In this document: positions 1 through 13,080 of the stretch, piece by piece | Position numbering within the stretch: the stretch's first letter is position 1 | How the letters are laid out: each line of letters begins with the position of its first letter | Assembly (NCBI GenBank): GCA_010909165.1 | Contig: VJWM01000011.1 | Location: 186,001 to 250,000 of the forward strand | Source: Anthoceros angustus | Taxonomy: Eukaryota; Plantae; Anthocerotophyta | DNA length: 64,000 nucleotides | Direction of reading: 5' to 3' | The notes under the pieces: generated by a model | Databases searched by the model: none | Told to the model about the DNA's origin: nothing | What the model saw: only the letters and a program-made list of their open reading frames with translations | Position numbers and translations under genes: made by a program

Positions 1-519
1 TGCCTCCCTTACAACTCTTCCACACCATGCATAACTATCATTCGATTTCTTGCACTTGTCATATCATGGAAAGAGTGAAACAACATGCCAATTTGTGTCG
101 ATCCATCTTCACATCATGCTTTCCTTTGTGGAATCCTCTTGGCATCCATAACCAGCAATGTATACTTCCTCTTCCTTAGAAATCCTCGCATGTCCAACAC
201 ATCTCTTGCAACCACTTGGTATTTAACAATAAACCCGTCGTTGGCATGAAATGCATAGGCCTTCCTCCATGTCCATGTCGGCAGGCCCTCTGTTCGTTCT
301 CAGACCTTTCCATGTGTGCACTTCAAGTATGAAAGCACAGAAGTCTTTGATTTCTTGGATCTTCTACATCTTTCACTTGCTACACACATGAGTTAGGTGG
401 TTAGTGCACAACAAGCTTGTCCGAAAGATGCGAGGGGCGCGGCATGCGGCTCCTACTTCCTTCTAAAGCCTCAATTCCAACATGAGGAATGGGAGGCGGC
501 ATGCCTCCCCTTCTCCTGT

Positions 520-1030
520 ACTAAAGAAGAGATATACCTTCCCATCGAAGCTTGAAACCTTGCAATGACATCGTCCGAAGAGTGCATAGGGTATTCCTGC
601 GCACCATGTCGAAAGAGTCGCATCCTAAATGCTTTGCCATAGCCACTTGTATGACATGAAGTTTCTTCCGCAGAGTGAGCTCCTTCGACATACCATTGAG
701 GTCAAGCAAACCTGTCAAAACCTTTTCCGTCATCATTGATGAGCATTTTTGTCCTCACCGTGGAATTCCTTGGAAACTGCGCCATGGTTTCCCCTACATC
801 TCTTTCGGCTTCACGAAAACACTTTCAACCGTCTTCACCTCCTCTCCAACTTTGCTTTGCCTTGCTCTTCTTCTGGTGCCCGCAACATGTTTGGCTTGTT
901 CCGGAGCTCCATCGCCTCCCACTTTGAAAAGATAGACATTTCTCCAAACCTTTCCCTCCGCCGCAATGCATAGGATATGTGTCCTGTTGTCCACTTTGTT
1001 CGCTTATATTGCTCATCTTCCCGCCTCGCC
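520..1030 (-). pseudogene. Frame-broken ORF relic with a GNH motif, possibly a second ParB-like gene of the type at 11100-11760
   Basis: Minus-strand frames give ..CRGNHGAVSKEF.. followed by ..LLDLNGMSKELTLRKKLH... Short GCGGCATG motifs lie just downstream (about 440-510), like those in the intron of the other GNH gene. The similarity is weak and judged by eye. Confidence 0.2.
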
Positions 1031-1319
1031 ATCCTCGATCGCTAACACCTTATACAAATTGAACTTCCAGTCATGCTCATTGTCACTCCACGCTTTATCT
1101 GCTCATCTCAGGTATCCGACCGCTCGATAAAGTTCATCTTCTTCCTTTGTCCGACATTGTGTTGTGGTCGATGCCAATATCACGTAAAGTCGCTGCCTCG
1201 TCTGGGGCCTCTGACGCCAGCTGGTTTTTTCGGGCCAAACAAGAGAGAGAATTTTTCAATTGGTAAAATTTTTTGAATAAGGTGGAAAATTGTAACAATA
1301 GAGTAGAAAGCATAGATCG

Positions 1320-1480
1320 ATGATGGAAACATTTTACCATCCAAGTCAAAACTAGAACAGGAGGGTAAAGAATGGATCAACCAAGTGAATATAGAGTAAA
1401 ACGAGATGATGAATGGAAACATTTTACCATCCAAATCAAAACTAGAACAACAGGGTAAAGAATGATCACCAAGTGAATAG
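1320..1480. repeat. Two-copy tandem repeat of about 87 bp
   Basis: gatg(a)atggaaacattttaccatccaa(g/a)tcaaaactagaaca..agggtaaagaatg..atcaccaagtgaata occurs twice in tandem. Confidence 0.85.
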
Positions 1481-2465
1481 CAAGTGCACGAAATACCATG
1501 GTAGATTGTAATCTGAGGAGGCCTAGTAATTCCAACACAATCGCTAACTGGCAAGAAACATCTTCGTTATACCATTCATGCGGATCCGTGGATATACAAA
1601 AACCAACAAAGAAATATCATCTTTGCAAAGTTTCGTATATCCGTAATTGCATGAATTCAAAATAACAGAAAATAGAGAAAATACCAGAATAGTTGATCCT
1701 CCTTATTCAAATTACAAATCTACATATACAAAGTAAATTAGGCTTGTAACCAATTAGATGATTCGGAATAGACGAAAGAAAAGTTCATTAGAAAAGATTC
1801 CCACCTTATTTTGGAAAATTGACATAATTGTAGAGATTGAAGACATAGTTTCCAAGACCACTTGGTTTAACGGGCAACTTGTCCAACATTATCATAGTTT
1901 GCGGTTGATGAACACAGGGGCTTTGGAGAAATTCTTCATCTTCACGAAAGTTGAGAACCTAATCAAACATTACCGTCTTAGTCTACTAAAGTAAAATTAG
2001 CGATCAAAATCAAGGGAACAATTAAATCAACTTACTTTATATGGTTTTCCATGGATGGAAGTGGGCGCTGGAGTGGTTGTAACATTGTCAATAGTTTGCT
2101 CGCCTTTCCCACGCAATCTTCGCATTTCTGTTGCTCATCTGCTTGAGTTTTTCCTGCTTTGAAATACTCTTGCCTCCTTTCGACATTTTTCTCCTTTGGA
2201 TCTCCAAAGCTTTCTCTCTTTGCTTGGAAACTCGGTTGTACCTTGCGCCTCTTCAATCAATGATTCTAAATCATTTGCCGTTGAAATTCCCTTTTCGATT
2301 CTCCTGTCATTCTCCCTTTCTCGGGTAATCTCGAAGGCCGCTCAAACACGCTTGAACCACCCTTCTCAACCCCATCTTTGCTCTACCATATCCAAAGCTA
2401 TAGGCGGTGTCTCCACAATCCTTCCTGTTGCACTTCCGGTTCAAGTCTCACCACAATGACTTGGC

Positions 2466-3495
2466 ACAGCCTCCAAGCGAGGCATCACCTCCACCACACT
2501 CGGGCACCATCAATGTTGAAATGAGGAACGAAATGCTCTCAAACTAGTGGTGGGGCTAATACTGCCAAAAACATAGAATCGACAAACACAATAAGAGAAT
2601 GAAGGATGAAACTTAAACCACCTTTACACTTAACCTTTTCAACATGTCGATGTTGAATACACCCGATAGTTGGTGCTGTCAATCAAGATCTTTAACACTA
2701 CGGCACTTGGACAGCTTCCAAAGCTTCACAATGCTGGAACTGCAAACAACAACAAACATTGTATGAAATATTGGGTGCAAACCAACAAGGAGAACCAAAA
2801 TACAACAGCAAGATACTAACCGGTCCAGTGCTGACAAAAGGGGCCCTGCTTTCATGGTGGATAGCAAGGGTGGTAGATTAGCAACACGCAAAAAGCAACA
2901 AAAAGTCAAATACCAATCAGGAGAAGAAAAGAAACAAACCTTGAGACACCAAAACGACTCATAAAATGCTTACAGCCTCCAAGCGAGGAGGCATCACCTC
3001 CACCACTAGGCACCATCAATGTTGAAATGAGGAACGAAATGCTCGTCAAACTAGTGGTGACACGATCTTTAGTGGTGGGGCTAATACTGCCGACAAACAT
3101 AGAATCGACAAACACAATAAGAGAATGAAGGATAAAACTTAAACCACCTTTACACTTAACCTTTTCAACATGTCGATGTTGAATACACAATCGAAGATCT
3201 TTAACACTACTTCGGCACTTGGACAGCTTCCAAAGCTTCACAATCTGAACGCAAACAACAACAAACATTGCATGAAATATTGGGTGCAAACCAGCAAGGA
3301 GGACGAAAATACAACAGCAAGATACTAACCGGTCCAGTGCTGACAAAAGGGGCCCTGCTTTCATGGTGGATAGCAGGGGTGGTAACAGTTGGCAACACCT
3401 GGCAACAAAAAGCAACAAAAAAGAATCAAATACCAATCAGCAAAAGATTAAAAGAAACAAACCTTCAGAAACCAAAACGACTCATGGAATGCTTA
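2466..3495. repeat. Tandem duplication of about 510 bp
   Basis: acagcctccaagcgagg..catcacctccacca..caccatcaatgttgaaatgagg starts at about 2467 and again at about 2974. The copies are colinear and differ by small indels. Confidence 0.85.
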
Positions 3496-3639
3496 CGCTT
3501 GAACTTAGGCAACATTGAGCACAAGCCTATGCACAACAAATTCTTAACATCAGCATCCTTTACAGTAGAATCATAATCTTCTCAGTGAAAATCACTCCCT
3601 TCATGGTAGAAAATACTTACATCTTGGATGAAAAACTAT

Positions 3640-5000
3640 ATCCGAGTCACATTGACAACAACGGAAGCACACCGCAAGTCATCCCGCATCCGATCGAGTT
3701 CTTCATTGAGCAACTCATTGTATGATCTTCTTTCACGGGAACTAGAACCACACTGCATACTGTTTGCTTGCCCCGACGGTCATACCGCAAAGTCCACGGT
3801 CTGTGAACACATCATGTCAATAGAAGGCATAAACAAGTTACTGACGGCATCAACAAATAGATCCTACCTTGAAAATCCAGCATCGGTTTGTGGCGGTGGC
3901 CTTCGCGAGGGCACGAGCCATGGTCACCGCGTAATCATCGTTACGGCGGCTCTTGTTCGTGTAATACCCATCAAGACCATTCGCCATTGTCTTCATATAT
4001 TTTGAGAGCATTCCTTTGGATACCCGGAGTTTTGCATACCAAGCCTACTCACAGAGAAAATTAAAGTTAGCACGTCCAATGGAACACAAACCTAGAACCC
4101 TTATCAAAAGATACTTACATTCGATCTTGGATTATCGATGGGAGAATTGAAAAGAAACCCTTGGATAGATATATTCTTGTCATTTGCGTCCACTTTGGAC
4201 AATGGTCAATGACGGCTTTAAATGTTTGAATAACATCCACCTCATAGTTTTTCACTTTTGGCGGAAGTGCTCACTCGTAGTTGCATATCAACTTTGTAAT
4301 TCTTGAATGTCGCCTCGTATCTGCGAGGCAACACAAGGAGGGTATTACAACACAAACAAGGTATCATACACAGTATTACCACACAACAAAGCATCAATCA
4401 AAACATGGACAAAGCGTCGTACAAAACGCCTCAGTCAAGAGAATGAGAAGTCACGATTAACGGGTTGTGCAATTCCTCCCGCCACGCATCTCAAACGATT
4501 CATGCAAAAATATGCACACCTATTCAGAAAACACTGAATCGTTAGAAGCAAACAACAGCAACAGGTATTGCAAAAATGCACACAAGAAGCTAGGAATCAG
4601 AACACAAACCTTTTTTGGGCGCCTCGCCCAAAAGAACATTGATGGTCACTGTGGGCAAGAATTCGTCTCTCATCATCATCAGATATCAGTTTCACCACCT
4701 TTCGGCACGATACTATACCAAGGTCTTTACTGATTTTCATGGAAGCAACAAGTGCAACCGACAACATTGAACAAGGAAACATATCACGGAACGGACATCT
4801 TGAGTTGTCTTTTAAGTTCCGAACTTGGTGGAAAAACGGTATCAATATAAGGTTCAAGTCCTTGTGAGGAATGTCCTCTATTGCACTATCCCAACCCCTC
4901 ACACCACTCACTTTCATGAAAGACTTAAGACGACTGCACCAATTATTTTGGCGTTTGGACTTGTCCTCACCACCACTCATTGCATCATTCACGGCTCCCT
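3640..5000 (-). mobile_element. Degenerate intron-containing Crypton-like (DUF3504 / ZMYM-QRICH1-KCTD1 family) tyrosine recombinase
   Basis: Hand translation across introns and frameshifts gives, in order: NNWCSRLKSF..IEDIPHKDLNLILIPFFHQVR; VASMKISKDLG..VKLISDDDERRIL; CAYFCMN..FEMRGG..ELHN (catalytic R); YEATFKNYK; VIQTFKAVIDHCP; WYAKLRVSKGMLSKYMKTMANGLDGYYTNKSRR; a frameshifted T(G)HK-like stretch; RYDR (catalytic Y). This matches the DUF3504 pattern WY..P.G.NTL..MMK.M...G....TNHSLR..GH......Y. Confidence 0.7.
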
Positions 5001-6984
5001 CGGGAATCGAGGGTCAAACCCTTGGTCCCTAAAATGGGCCTCATCTTCAATTTCTTCCATGCCCATAGCAAAATCATCCTCGGGATCAGCAGACCTCATT
5101 CTCTCAAACATATCAATACACTCTGTGATAACAGTTCGGGGGCGACACGAATGGAAAACTCACCGGTGAAAGGAATTGAGACTTATCTTGCTGCAGGAGC
5201 AGCCACAACCATTTCGAGGCTGTAGGCATGCTTCAGAGGACCATGGAATCGGATTAATCGGATGGACATTCTCACCAACAAACTTAACCCTCTCTAAAGC
5301 AGGACAATAGTTAGTAATCTCGACAAGGGACCCTCCACCAAGGGCACGTGTCGGTGTCAACCCTTCTTCTCTTCCGAGCAAATTCAGCACGGGCATCCTC
5401 CTTGGATGAAAAGTGCCTTGGCGGTTTGGGAATGGACTTTTCGGCACCAAATATGTCCCTCACTATGCACAAGGACACCGTCAACTTTACCATCATCCTG
5501 CGGAGGGTGGGTTGCGGTGTGAGCGATGGTTTTTTTGCGTTGTCGAGTGTACGGCTTGGACATGACTTGAGACAAAGGTGCACGCTTCTTGCCCGGTCCA
5601 GGCCCCGGTGGGTTTTCTTTTAGGAGCCATCGCACAGAAGTCATCGAACAACGTTGAGATGTACAAACAACATAACGAGATAACAAGCGAAAAGAAAGAA
5701 CTCACATGCGCCTTGAACCGTCGGATGAGAACTGCTGGAAGGTCTAAAAGTTGATTATCGACGGTCTAGACAAGAGAGGATATGGGGGCGGTGCCCCAAA
5801 ACACAACAGGGCTAGACATTGTTAGAGTTGTTATTCCTTCCACTTTCTAAGGATGACACATAGAACTCACAAAATACACCACATATGGGAAAAATAAAGT
5901 GAAAACCCTTTTTCAAGTACAACAAGAGTTAGACGTACAAACAACCATAGATGTACAACATATACATCGAGACCACACAAGTAAAACAATCAAGCGCTCA
6001 TTGGACAACAGACTCATCCATGCCACACAACAACACATATTTCTAGATTAGAATCGGAAAACATCCAAAGATGTTGGGAGGCAAACCCTCCAAACGTTGC
6101 ACACTTCAATACACACACATAAACACGGTCTATGAGATTAAGCTCCAAGACATGCACACAATACACCATGCCCAATCCAGTTCACTTTTCAATAGACACA
6201 ATGGATGGTGATTACCAAATCTACAAAGCGGGTCTTCAACGACAAAGCAGCACACGCAAAGAAAGCGGACCTGCGCAAAAGTCAACTTAGCGACACAACA
6301 AACCGCACAAGCGAGGCGAACGAGAAAAAATAGGCGGTAGGAACAAACAACCGCGCACAAACAACACTACGAGACAAACAAAGTCATTACGAGCGAAGTC
6401 AAGTAGGATCACATGACACGAAGACAAGAAAGCAGTAGACGGATGATACCATACAACGAAACCAAAGGACAACAAGGACCATACATAGGGACACTTCCAA
6501 CAAGCAAATAAAGGATTATACAGAAGACAAATAAAGATACTATTATCACAAATGCATCGATGAACAAAACTCAACCAACACTCAAGCTCTAAGTCAAAAG
6601 TTCTTGGTCGTTTTCATAAAAGGAACCAGAGGGAGTCGTTTTCATAAAAGCAGGCGAACCATTGACGGCTTCAACAACAAACACGATGTACAACGAACAA
6701 CAACGACAACAACAAGAGGAACGGAGGCGTATCGGCAAAGACAAATCGGATAGCAATTGAGCATCGAGACATCTTCAATAGACAAGCACGCACAAAGAAC
6801 AAGATCATCGAGGGAAAGACACACCGCGATAAGGCCAAGACCCGGAATACACGCCGCGTAACATTGTGACGCAAAACCGCACAAACAACAAGAGCAAAAC
6901 AATAGACAAGGAGGCAAGAGACACGTAAGCGCAAATGGACAGCGATTTCAAAAGGAGCGATAGACCTTAACCTTTAAGCGAGCG

Positions 6985-7450
6985 AAACCTTGGCCCGGTG
7001 TCAAAACACCTTGGCCTTCGGACTAAGCAACAACACGGGCCTTAGAAGCAAAGACCTTGACCTTGGGAAACCCCCAGCCTTGAAAACAACCTTCAAAGCA
7101 GCGAAACGACCTTTGCCTTGAAACAAACTTTACAGAGACCTTGGCCTTGAGCGAAGGCGGTAAAACCTTAGCCTTTGGAGAAGGCTGAAAGAACTGGGCT
7201 CAAAACTTGAACAAAGGCCTTAGCCTAGCAGAACACCTTGGCCTTGAGCGAAGGCGGTAAAACCTTAGCCTTTGGAGAAGGCTGAAAGAACCTTGGCCCG
7301 AAACTAGAACTAGACGGCTCCTAAGCCTTGGGAAAGCACAGATGCACCTTGGCCTCGAAAGATGACAAGGAAGGCCTTGGCCTTGACAGGGGCGGAATAC
7401 CTTGGCTGCGAAACTAATCAACAGGCGACGCCTAAGCACGGAGGTGGACC
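6985..7450. repeat. Degenerate tandem array (units of about 55-100 bp starting CCTTGGC) in a roughly 3-kb non-coding, LTR-like stretch
   Basis: ccttggccttgagcgaaggcggtaaaaccttagcctttggagaaggctgaaagaa occurs at about 7139 and 7236, with further partial copies. A TATA-like tttatatagg lies at about 7504. Confidence 0.7.
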
Positions 7451-8839
7451 ACCTAGGCCTTCAAAAGGAAGAAAGAAAAAGACCTTGGGCTTTGGAGAAG
7501 CCGTTTATATAGGCCAAACCCTAACCATTCTCCCTCCGTTCTCTCTCTACCAAAACCCCTTTGAATTAATCAACCTAACATTCCGAAATCCAAACCTACG
7601 AGGTTCGCCATTCGCTGCCGCCGCCGCCTGTTCAACCAAACCTAGGTTCCGGATTCCAAACCTAGCCTAACACCAAACCTAATCTCCGAGCCCCGGCGGC
7701 GGCGTGGCAAGCCGTCAACCCACGGCCACGCCACATTGCCGTCGAACCATCTAGAACCCTAAGTTTTCGGTATTTAAAGCATACACATAGGGTTTTATTC
7801 ACGCCCCAACACGCGCCCGCTCTCTTCCAATCGATCTTGTGACCTTTGGTCGGCGGCATCTGTTCGATCGCCTTTGCAGTGTGTTCCGCTTTTGGTGGTG
7901 TCCTCGGGGAATCATCGGCTCCACTTCCTTCATCTGCGCCCACCACCACCACGTCGATGGGCTCTCTTTTCGATCGCCTAGTCTGGTTTGTCCTTGCATG
8001 TGTCAATTGCACTCTCGATATTGGTTCTGCTGGGAACTATCATCAAGTTCATTTTGCAGCCCTGCCGGTGGCATCCACTCACGCTTAGCTCCCGGCCAAT
8101 TGGACAACAGTTCGTTTTGGCTTCCTCAGTCGTCAACGCATGCGTCGTGTCTTCTCCCTCTTCGTTCTAGCCCTTTCGCATGTCCAGCCGTGGCTATTGA
8201 GCTGGTCCACGACCCACATCGTTTCATCGGATCTCCCTCCCGCTTTTGGTTCGATCCATTGCCGAGTTCTGTGTGCCTTTGCACCGCCAAGGGTTAGCCG
8301 GAAATGTTCTCTTGTGGGTTATGGTGCTCTTCCTTTGTTCCCACCCGTCGATCGCTGTTTGGTCTTTGCTTGCGATCCGTTGCTTTCGGTGACAGTGGGT
8401 TAGTTGCTAAGTTGCTCTCTTGGTCTTGTTTTTCTCTGTCATTGTTTTACTACATGCCTTGTCCCTTCTTACCACATGGCTTGTCCTGCCAGTTCCACTC
8501 TCCCTTGTCGACACAGCATCCATTTTGAGTTTCAATTTGGTTGCTTGGTATTTCGAGGTGTAAGCCGAGAGGCTCTTTGCACTTTGCCATAGTTGTCTGC
8601 ATTCTTGTCCTCTTTTTCGGTGTTGGCGCTTGTGGCGATTACTTCAAGTTTCTCTCTGACTGAAAAGGACCAAGTTTGTAAATCTCGGTTGGTCTCGGTC
8701 ACATCCTCATTAGTTGGGCATCATTGGTAAACGGCATGGAGTCTTTGATGGGCTAGTGTTTTCAATGCTACATTTGTCATGCACTTAATAAACTCACGAC
8801 CTCTCCTCCTCCAGAATTGAGCTGCAGCCAAAGGTCACG

Positions 8840-10990
8840 CAAGAAGGCGCCATCCTAGTGTAAATCGTCCCGTCACAATAATTCTATGGTCATCATTTGA
8901 CAGCGTGTATGGAGGGTTGGCTGTGAAACTAATGCATGATTGGGTTGAGCAGAGGTAAGGGGTTCGTCTAGCAAAAGAGTCTCGTTCTTGAAGTCTTTTG
9001 AACATAACTATCCTGCGTAAAACATGCAATCTTGTGTGCGAGTTTGAGAACATATTCGCTTGTTGCTTACAAATTCTTGGATTGGTGATAATGAGCTTTT
9101 AACAAAATTCGATGCGTGATCTTGCGACAATTGGTTTCGCGTGAAGCATCGGAAGCGACGTCGTGGGCGTAAGTAATACCTTGCTCAACCGTTCTTTGTT
9201 TTCGCAATCGTCTTGTGCGGTCAGTTGGCGGTAGTCCACTATGATGTGTTCGATGGCTTTTCATTTGAATCGGATGGAATCGACAAGCGAAAGCAATAAC
9301 GATTTTCAAATCCAAGAAGGTACTTGATTGCTACTTTTCGTTTCTTACTTTTACTTTTACTTTTACTATATCTATCGTGTCAACCCCCGCAGACAGAACT
9401 CACATGACGCCACCACAGCGCCATTCGACAAATTACTTCCCACCCATGGGGATCCAGGATATGACGCTAACGCAGAGTTTGAACCACCACCTGGAGATCG
9501 GAAAGATCGTAGAAAAGGTATTCGTGAAAAATGATTGCGTTAGTCCATATATTCTCGTTGGTCGAGTCTAACAAAACCCGTGGGTTTGGGTCCTCTGAGC
9601 ACACAATGTTCTCTGTGATGGACAAACAAGACCTTAAGCATCTTGCGAGATGCACCTTGATTGAATAAGATAAAGAAGGTAAGCACTTTTCTATTTCATA
9701 AACTTGATCTAAGTATGCTCAATCCAAAATCTTAACCCTAAATTTATCTCGGGATATCAAAAGAACCTTGAACAACGACTCAATTGGGCTGAAGCGTACA
9801 CTTGTGGAAAGGTTTAATGGACACCGATTTCAATGCAAACAATGTTGGAGGGATATCAAAGTTCAATCCAGCAAGATCGAGGTAATCAAATTAACATTCA
9901 TACCTTCTTTGCTTCTTCACATTTACCTTCTTTTAACTTGGCATTCTGAGAATCTTTGGAAAACAAAATTCATGCAAAAATATAAAGGACAAAGTCGATG
10001 AGATTGACAACAACATTGACAATGCGCCATCTCCAATCAATTACAAAATGTATTTTGTATTTAATTTGTTTTAATATGATTTTGGTTTAAGAAAGTAATG
10101 ATTTTGGTTTTGATCGTGCAAAAAGAAAAATTGATGACTTCATGGAGAATGGACCAACTTACGGGCCGTCAAGAGTTCACCGAGTTTGGAAAGTGGATGA
10201 GCAATTTTCAATATCCACCACTTTTGAAGACTTTTTAAGTATCGCAATTTGGGAGCATAGTCTAAAAGAGCAAGCACCATCTTGAATGAAGATGGGTCCA
10301 ACCCAACATTCGAGCGATCAGATCCAAGCAAGTAAGCGATAACTTCTCTTTCTCTTTCTTATTTTTTACATATAATTCTATGTAATGTAATTCGTATGCA
10401 TTGAATGCGAGATAGGGGCAGCAATTGAAAATAAGGAGTTGAAAGCAGACTTGTTGTCTCTCATGGAAGAACCGGACAACTAAAAATATTCAAAAGGTAC
10501 ATCGTTTGAAAGGTAATATCCGCTTGCATTCCAGATGAATTCTAATGTTTTATGTTTCTTGAACATACGATCACATTTCAGCGTGTGGGAATCTTCACAC
10601 GTGTTTAACGCTTGTCGAAAAGGTATATGCAAAGAAAGATCTTCTCCGAATTGAAATGGAGGTAAATGACTAATTACTTTTACTTTTTGTTTGTAGTTAT
10701 CGAGAATCAAAACGAGTTGTTTTCACTCTTTGAGGTGAGTACTAAAGTTAAAAACAAATATGTTTTATATATGAATTCGACAATGGTTTAAATTGCGAAA
10801 TATTCTCGCTTGGATGAAATATTCAAATGATTATACATTTATCCGGACCATACAATCAGCAGCTCAAAAAGTATTATTCTGAAGAGAAGGCACAAGGAAC
10901 CATTTTACACTCCATCTACTCCAATAGAAGATGAGTAGAATTTACCAAAACCATTTGAATTACCTTCGACAGTGGCGAAGGTAATGCTTT
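8840..10990 (+). other. Unclassified intron-rich coding relic (AT-rich, several gtaag donors, one CxxC: HRFQCKQCW)
   Basis: Short exon-like segments end in gtaag (about 8955, 9168, 10332) and there is a CKQC motif at about 9830. No family was recognised. Confidence 0.2.
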
Positions 10991-11099
10991 TTGTGTAAAA
11001 GGATTTGAAAATAATGTGAGCAGTGAAAATGTAAGAGAGAGAAATGACATATAAGATGGGTGGTTTAGGCACCAAGTCTATCTGAGTTCACAGACCTCG

Positions 11100-13080
11100 G
11101 CTCCTTAGTCTGCGATCGATTAGCGTCGGCCCCTGACTTCGGCTCCCTTAGACGGGCCAGCGTCGGGCGCCACGGCGGTCTCGGCCTCACGGCCTCGGCC
11201 GTTCTCGGTCGTCAACGCCCTCAGCGTCCGTTCTAATACATCTCTAAAAGAGTAAGCCCCACGGTAAACATGAGCCTCCATCCATTGGAACCTTGCTTTC
11301 CACGGAGAAATGTCACCAAGTTGCTTCATAGCGGCGTATGTGTGATTGCCTCGGCACTCCCATAATATATTTTTGCCACGAACTTCGTCCAATCAAGTTT
11401 TCGATATCCTGCGATCGGATGGGTCAATCATACAAAGTAGTGGCGGGACACCTTCTTCAATCAAACCTTCGAGATATTTCGAGCTAAGTAGTTGGTCCAT
11501 GCCTCATCCACTTGCGAATCGAGCATCCTGAGGAGGAAGGCGGCCTCAAATTCTCGACTTCACAGAAGCATCTCGGGCACTACCTTCTTAGCATAGGCGA
11601 TTCCGCACTTTTGCAAGTAATCCTCGTCCATCATTGAGGCCTCCCGGTCTTTCTCCATCGGTTAACACATGCAATGTTGGAATATCACTTCTTGTCGAAG
11701 CCACAGCAGCGCTGACTTTTTCACCTTGAACCCTCGGTGTCCACGCTTTGAGTTACGCTATTTCCACCCAGGCCGAAACATACTCGTTAGTTTACTCTTC
11801 AACCACGATGCCACTTGTTCATAAGAGCGGAGTGCCTTCACGGGCGCCGGCATGCCGCCCTCCTCATCGACTGCGCACCTTCACGGGCGCGGCATGCAGC
11901 GCCCTCCTCATCGACATGTGCACCTTCACGGGCGCCGGCATGCGCGCCCTCCTCATCACATGTGCACCTTCACGGGCGGCATGCCGGCGCCCTCATCACC
12001 CATTGCACCTTCACGGGCGCCGGCATGCAGCGTAACCTCATCGGCCAGCACCATCACGGGCGCCGGCATGCAGCGCCCTCCTCATCAGCAGTGCGGTCAC
12101 GGGCGCGGCATGCAGCGTAACCTCATCGGCCAGCACCATCACGGGCGGCGGCATGCGGCGCCACCCTACTCTGCACTCATCTGCTGCGAATATTGTCCAT
12201 CCCGGTCTTCTCCTTTCTTGGGATGGGCTTGGGGTTCCCACTGTTGTCAAATCTAGTGGCGGAATAGGGACTCGCCCATGGTGCTGGTCTGGGCGTCCTT
12301 GGGAATGCTCGGGTTGCCAGTAATCCGCCCTTCTTCCTCTGCCCACTTTGCTCGTAACATATAGCATGGCTGAATACTTTCCTCTCCTCCTCGCCCTTCT
12401 CGCGGTCCTCCTCCTCTTGGATGCCTCCACATCGGAGTGGCCGAGATTTGAGGATAGGCCCATCCTCCACCCAAGGTCCAGAACTCTACCGTCATCCTCA
12501 AAATCCAAAGCAAAGTCTGGAAGTCCGGCCGTGCCTCCGCAATGACATTTCCGTCGGTGACTCACAATTGAGTTCGTGATGGCTTCACACAAACATCGTA
12601 GAAAGATTTGTGATCGAGCAAAACAAACATCCACGATATTAGAACAAGCACGCACGCAAAATGGACACTGCAACCACATGAAAATGTATCCTTACATTCT
12701 GCCCCCGCAAAGCCTCCCGGAAAGTATAAGGCAGTTGTTTTGGCTCACACTTTTCTCGTGCAAGCATGCTAGTTTCAACACAAAGGCAGTGTAATCATTG
12801 TGAGCTGGCAAAGGTTTCACCTCATAATGCCGTGATGTGCAAAGAAGTCGGACTTGAGGATCTCCTTGGCTGCATCCATAGTTGCCCACAAACCCACCTC
12901 GCTCTTGCTCTTTGGTTTGCAGCGCCGTTATACCCAAAATCCATAGCTTGACATGGGAGTCCACACTACATTGTCTTCATCCGGCTCTTCAGTTTGTGTC
13001 AAAATCCAATCTTGCTCCAGAAGCATCGTGTCCTCAAGCTGGTTTGTGTGCCTCCCGAGTCGCACTGCCTCCACATACGT
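11100..13080 (-). pseudogene. 3' part of an intron-containing gene with a ParB/Sulfiredoxin-like GNH motif, interrupted by the Gypsy insertion; 5' part at 33335-33900
   Basis: Frame-shifted exons read LRMLDSQVDEAWTNYLA..LEGLIEEGVPPLLCMIDPSD..DWTKFVAK..(R)GNHTYAAMKQL..MEAHVYRG. Removing 13081-33334 restores an open frame PDPNPSPYTYVEAVRLGRHTNQLEDTMLLEQDW. Confidence 0.5.
11830..12170. repeat. GC-rich minisatellite built on CACGGGCGCCGGCATGC
   Basis: About 8 units such as gcaccttcacgggcgccggcatgc..cgccctcctcatc. The array lies between a putative minus-strand donor (gtaggg, about 12170) and acceptor (about 11758). Confidence 0.9.

Noticed and set aside
6985-7450. Repeat units with variable intervening sequence resembling a CRISPR array
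   Set aside because: The units are degenerate and of irregular length, the intervening parts are themselves repeated, there are no cas genes, and the context is eukaryotic.
5820-8800. TGTTAGAG.. start of a separate LTR element
   Set aside because: No matching CA end, TSD or second LTR was found, so it is left unclassified.
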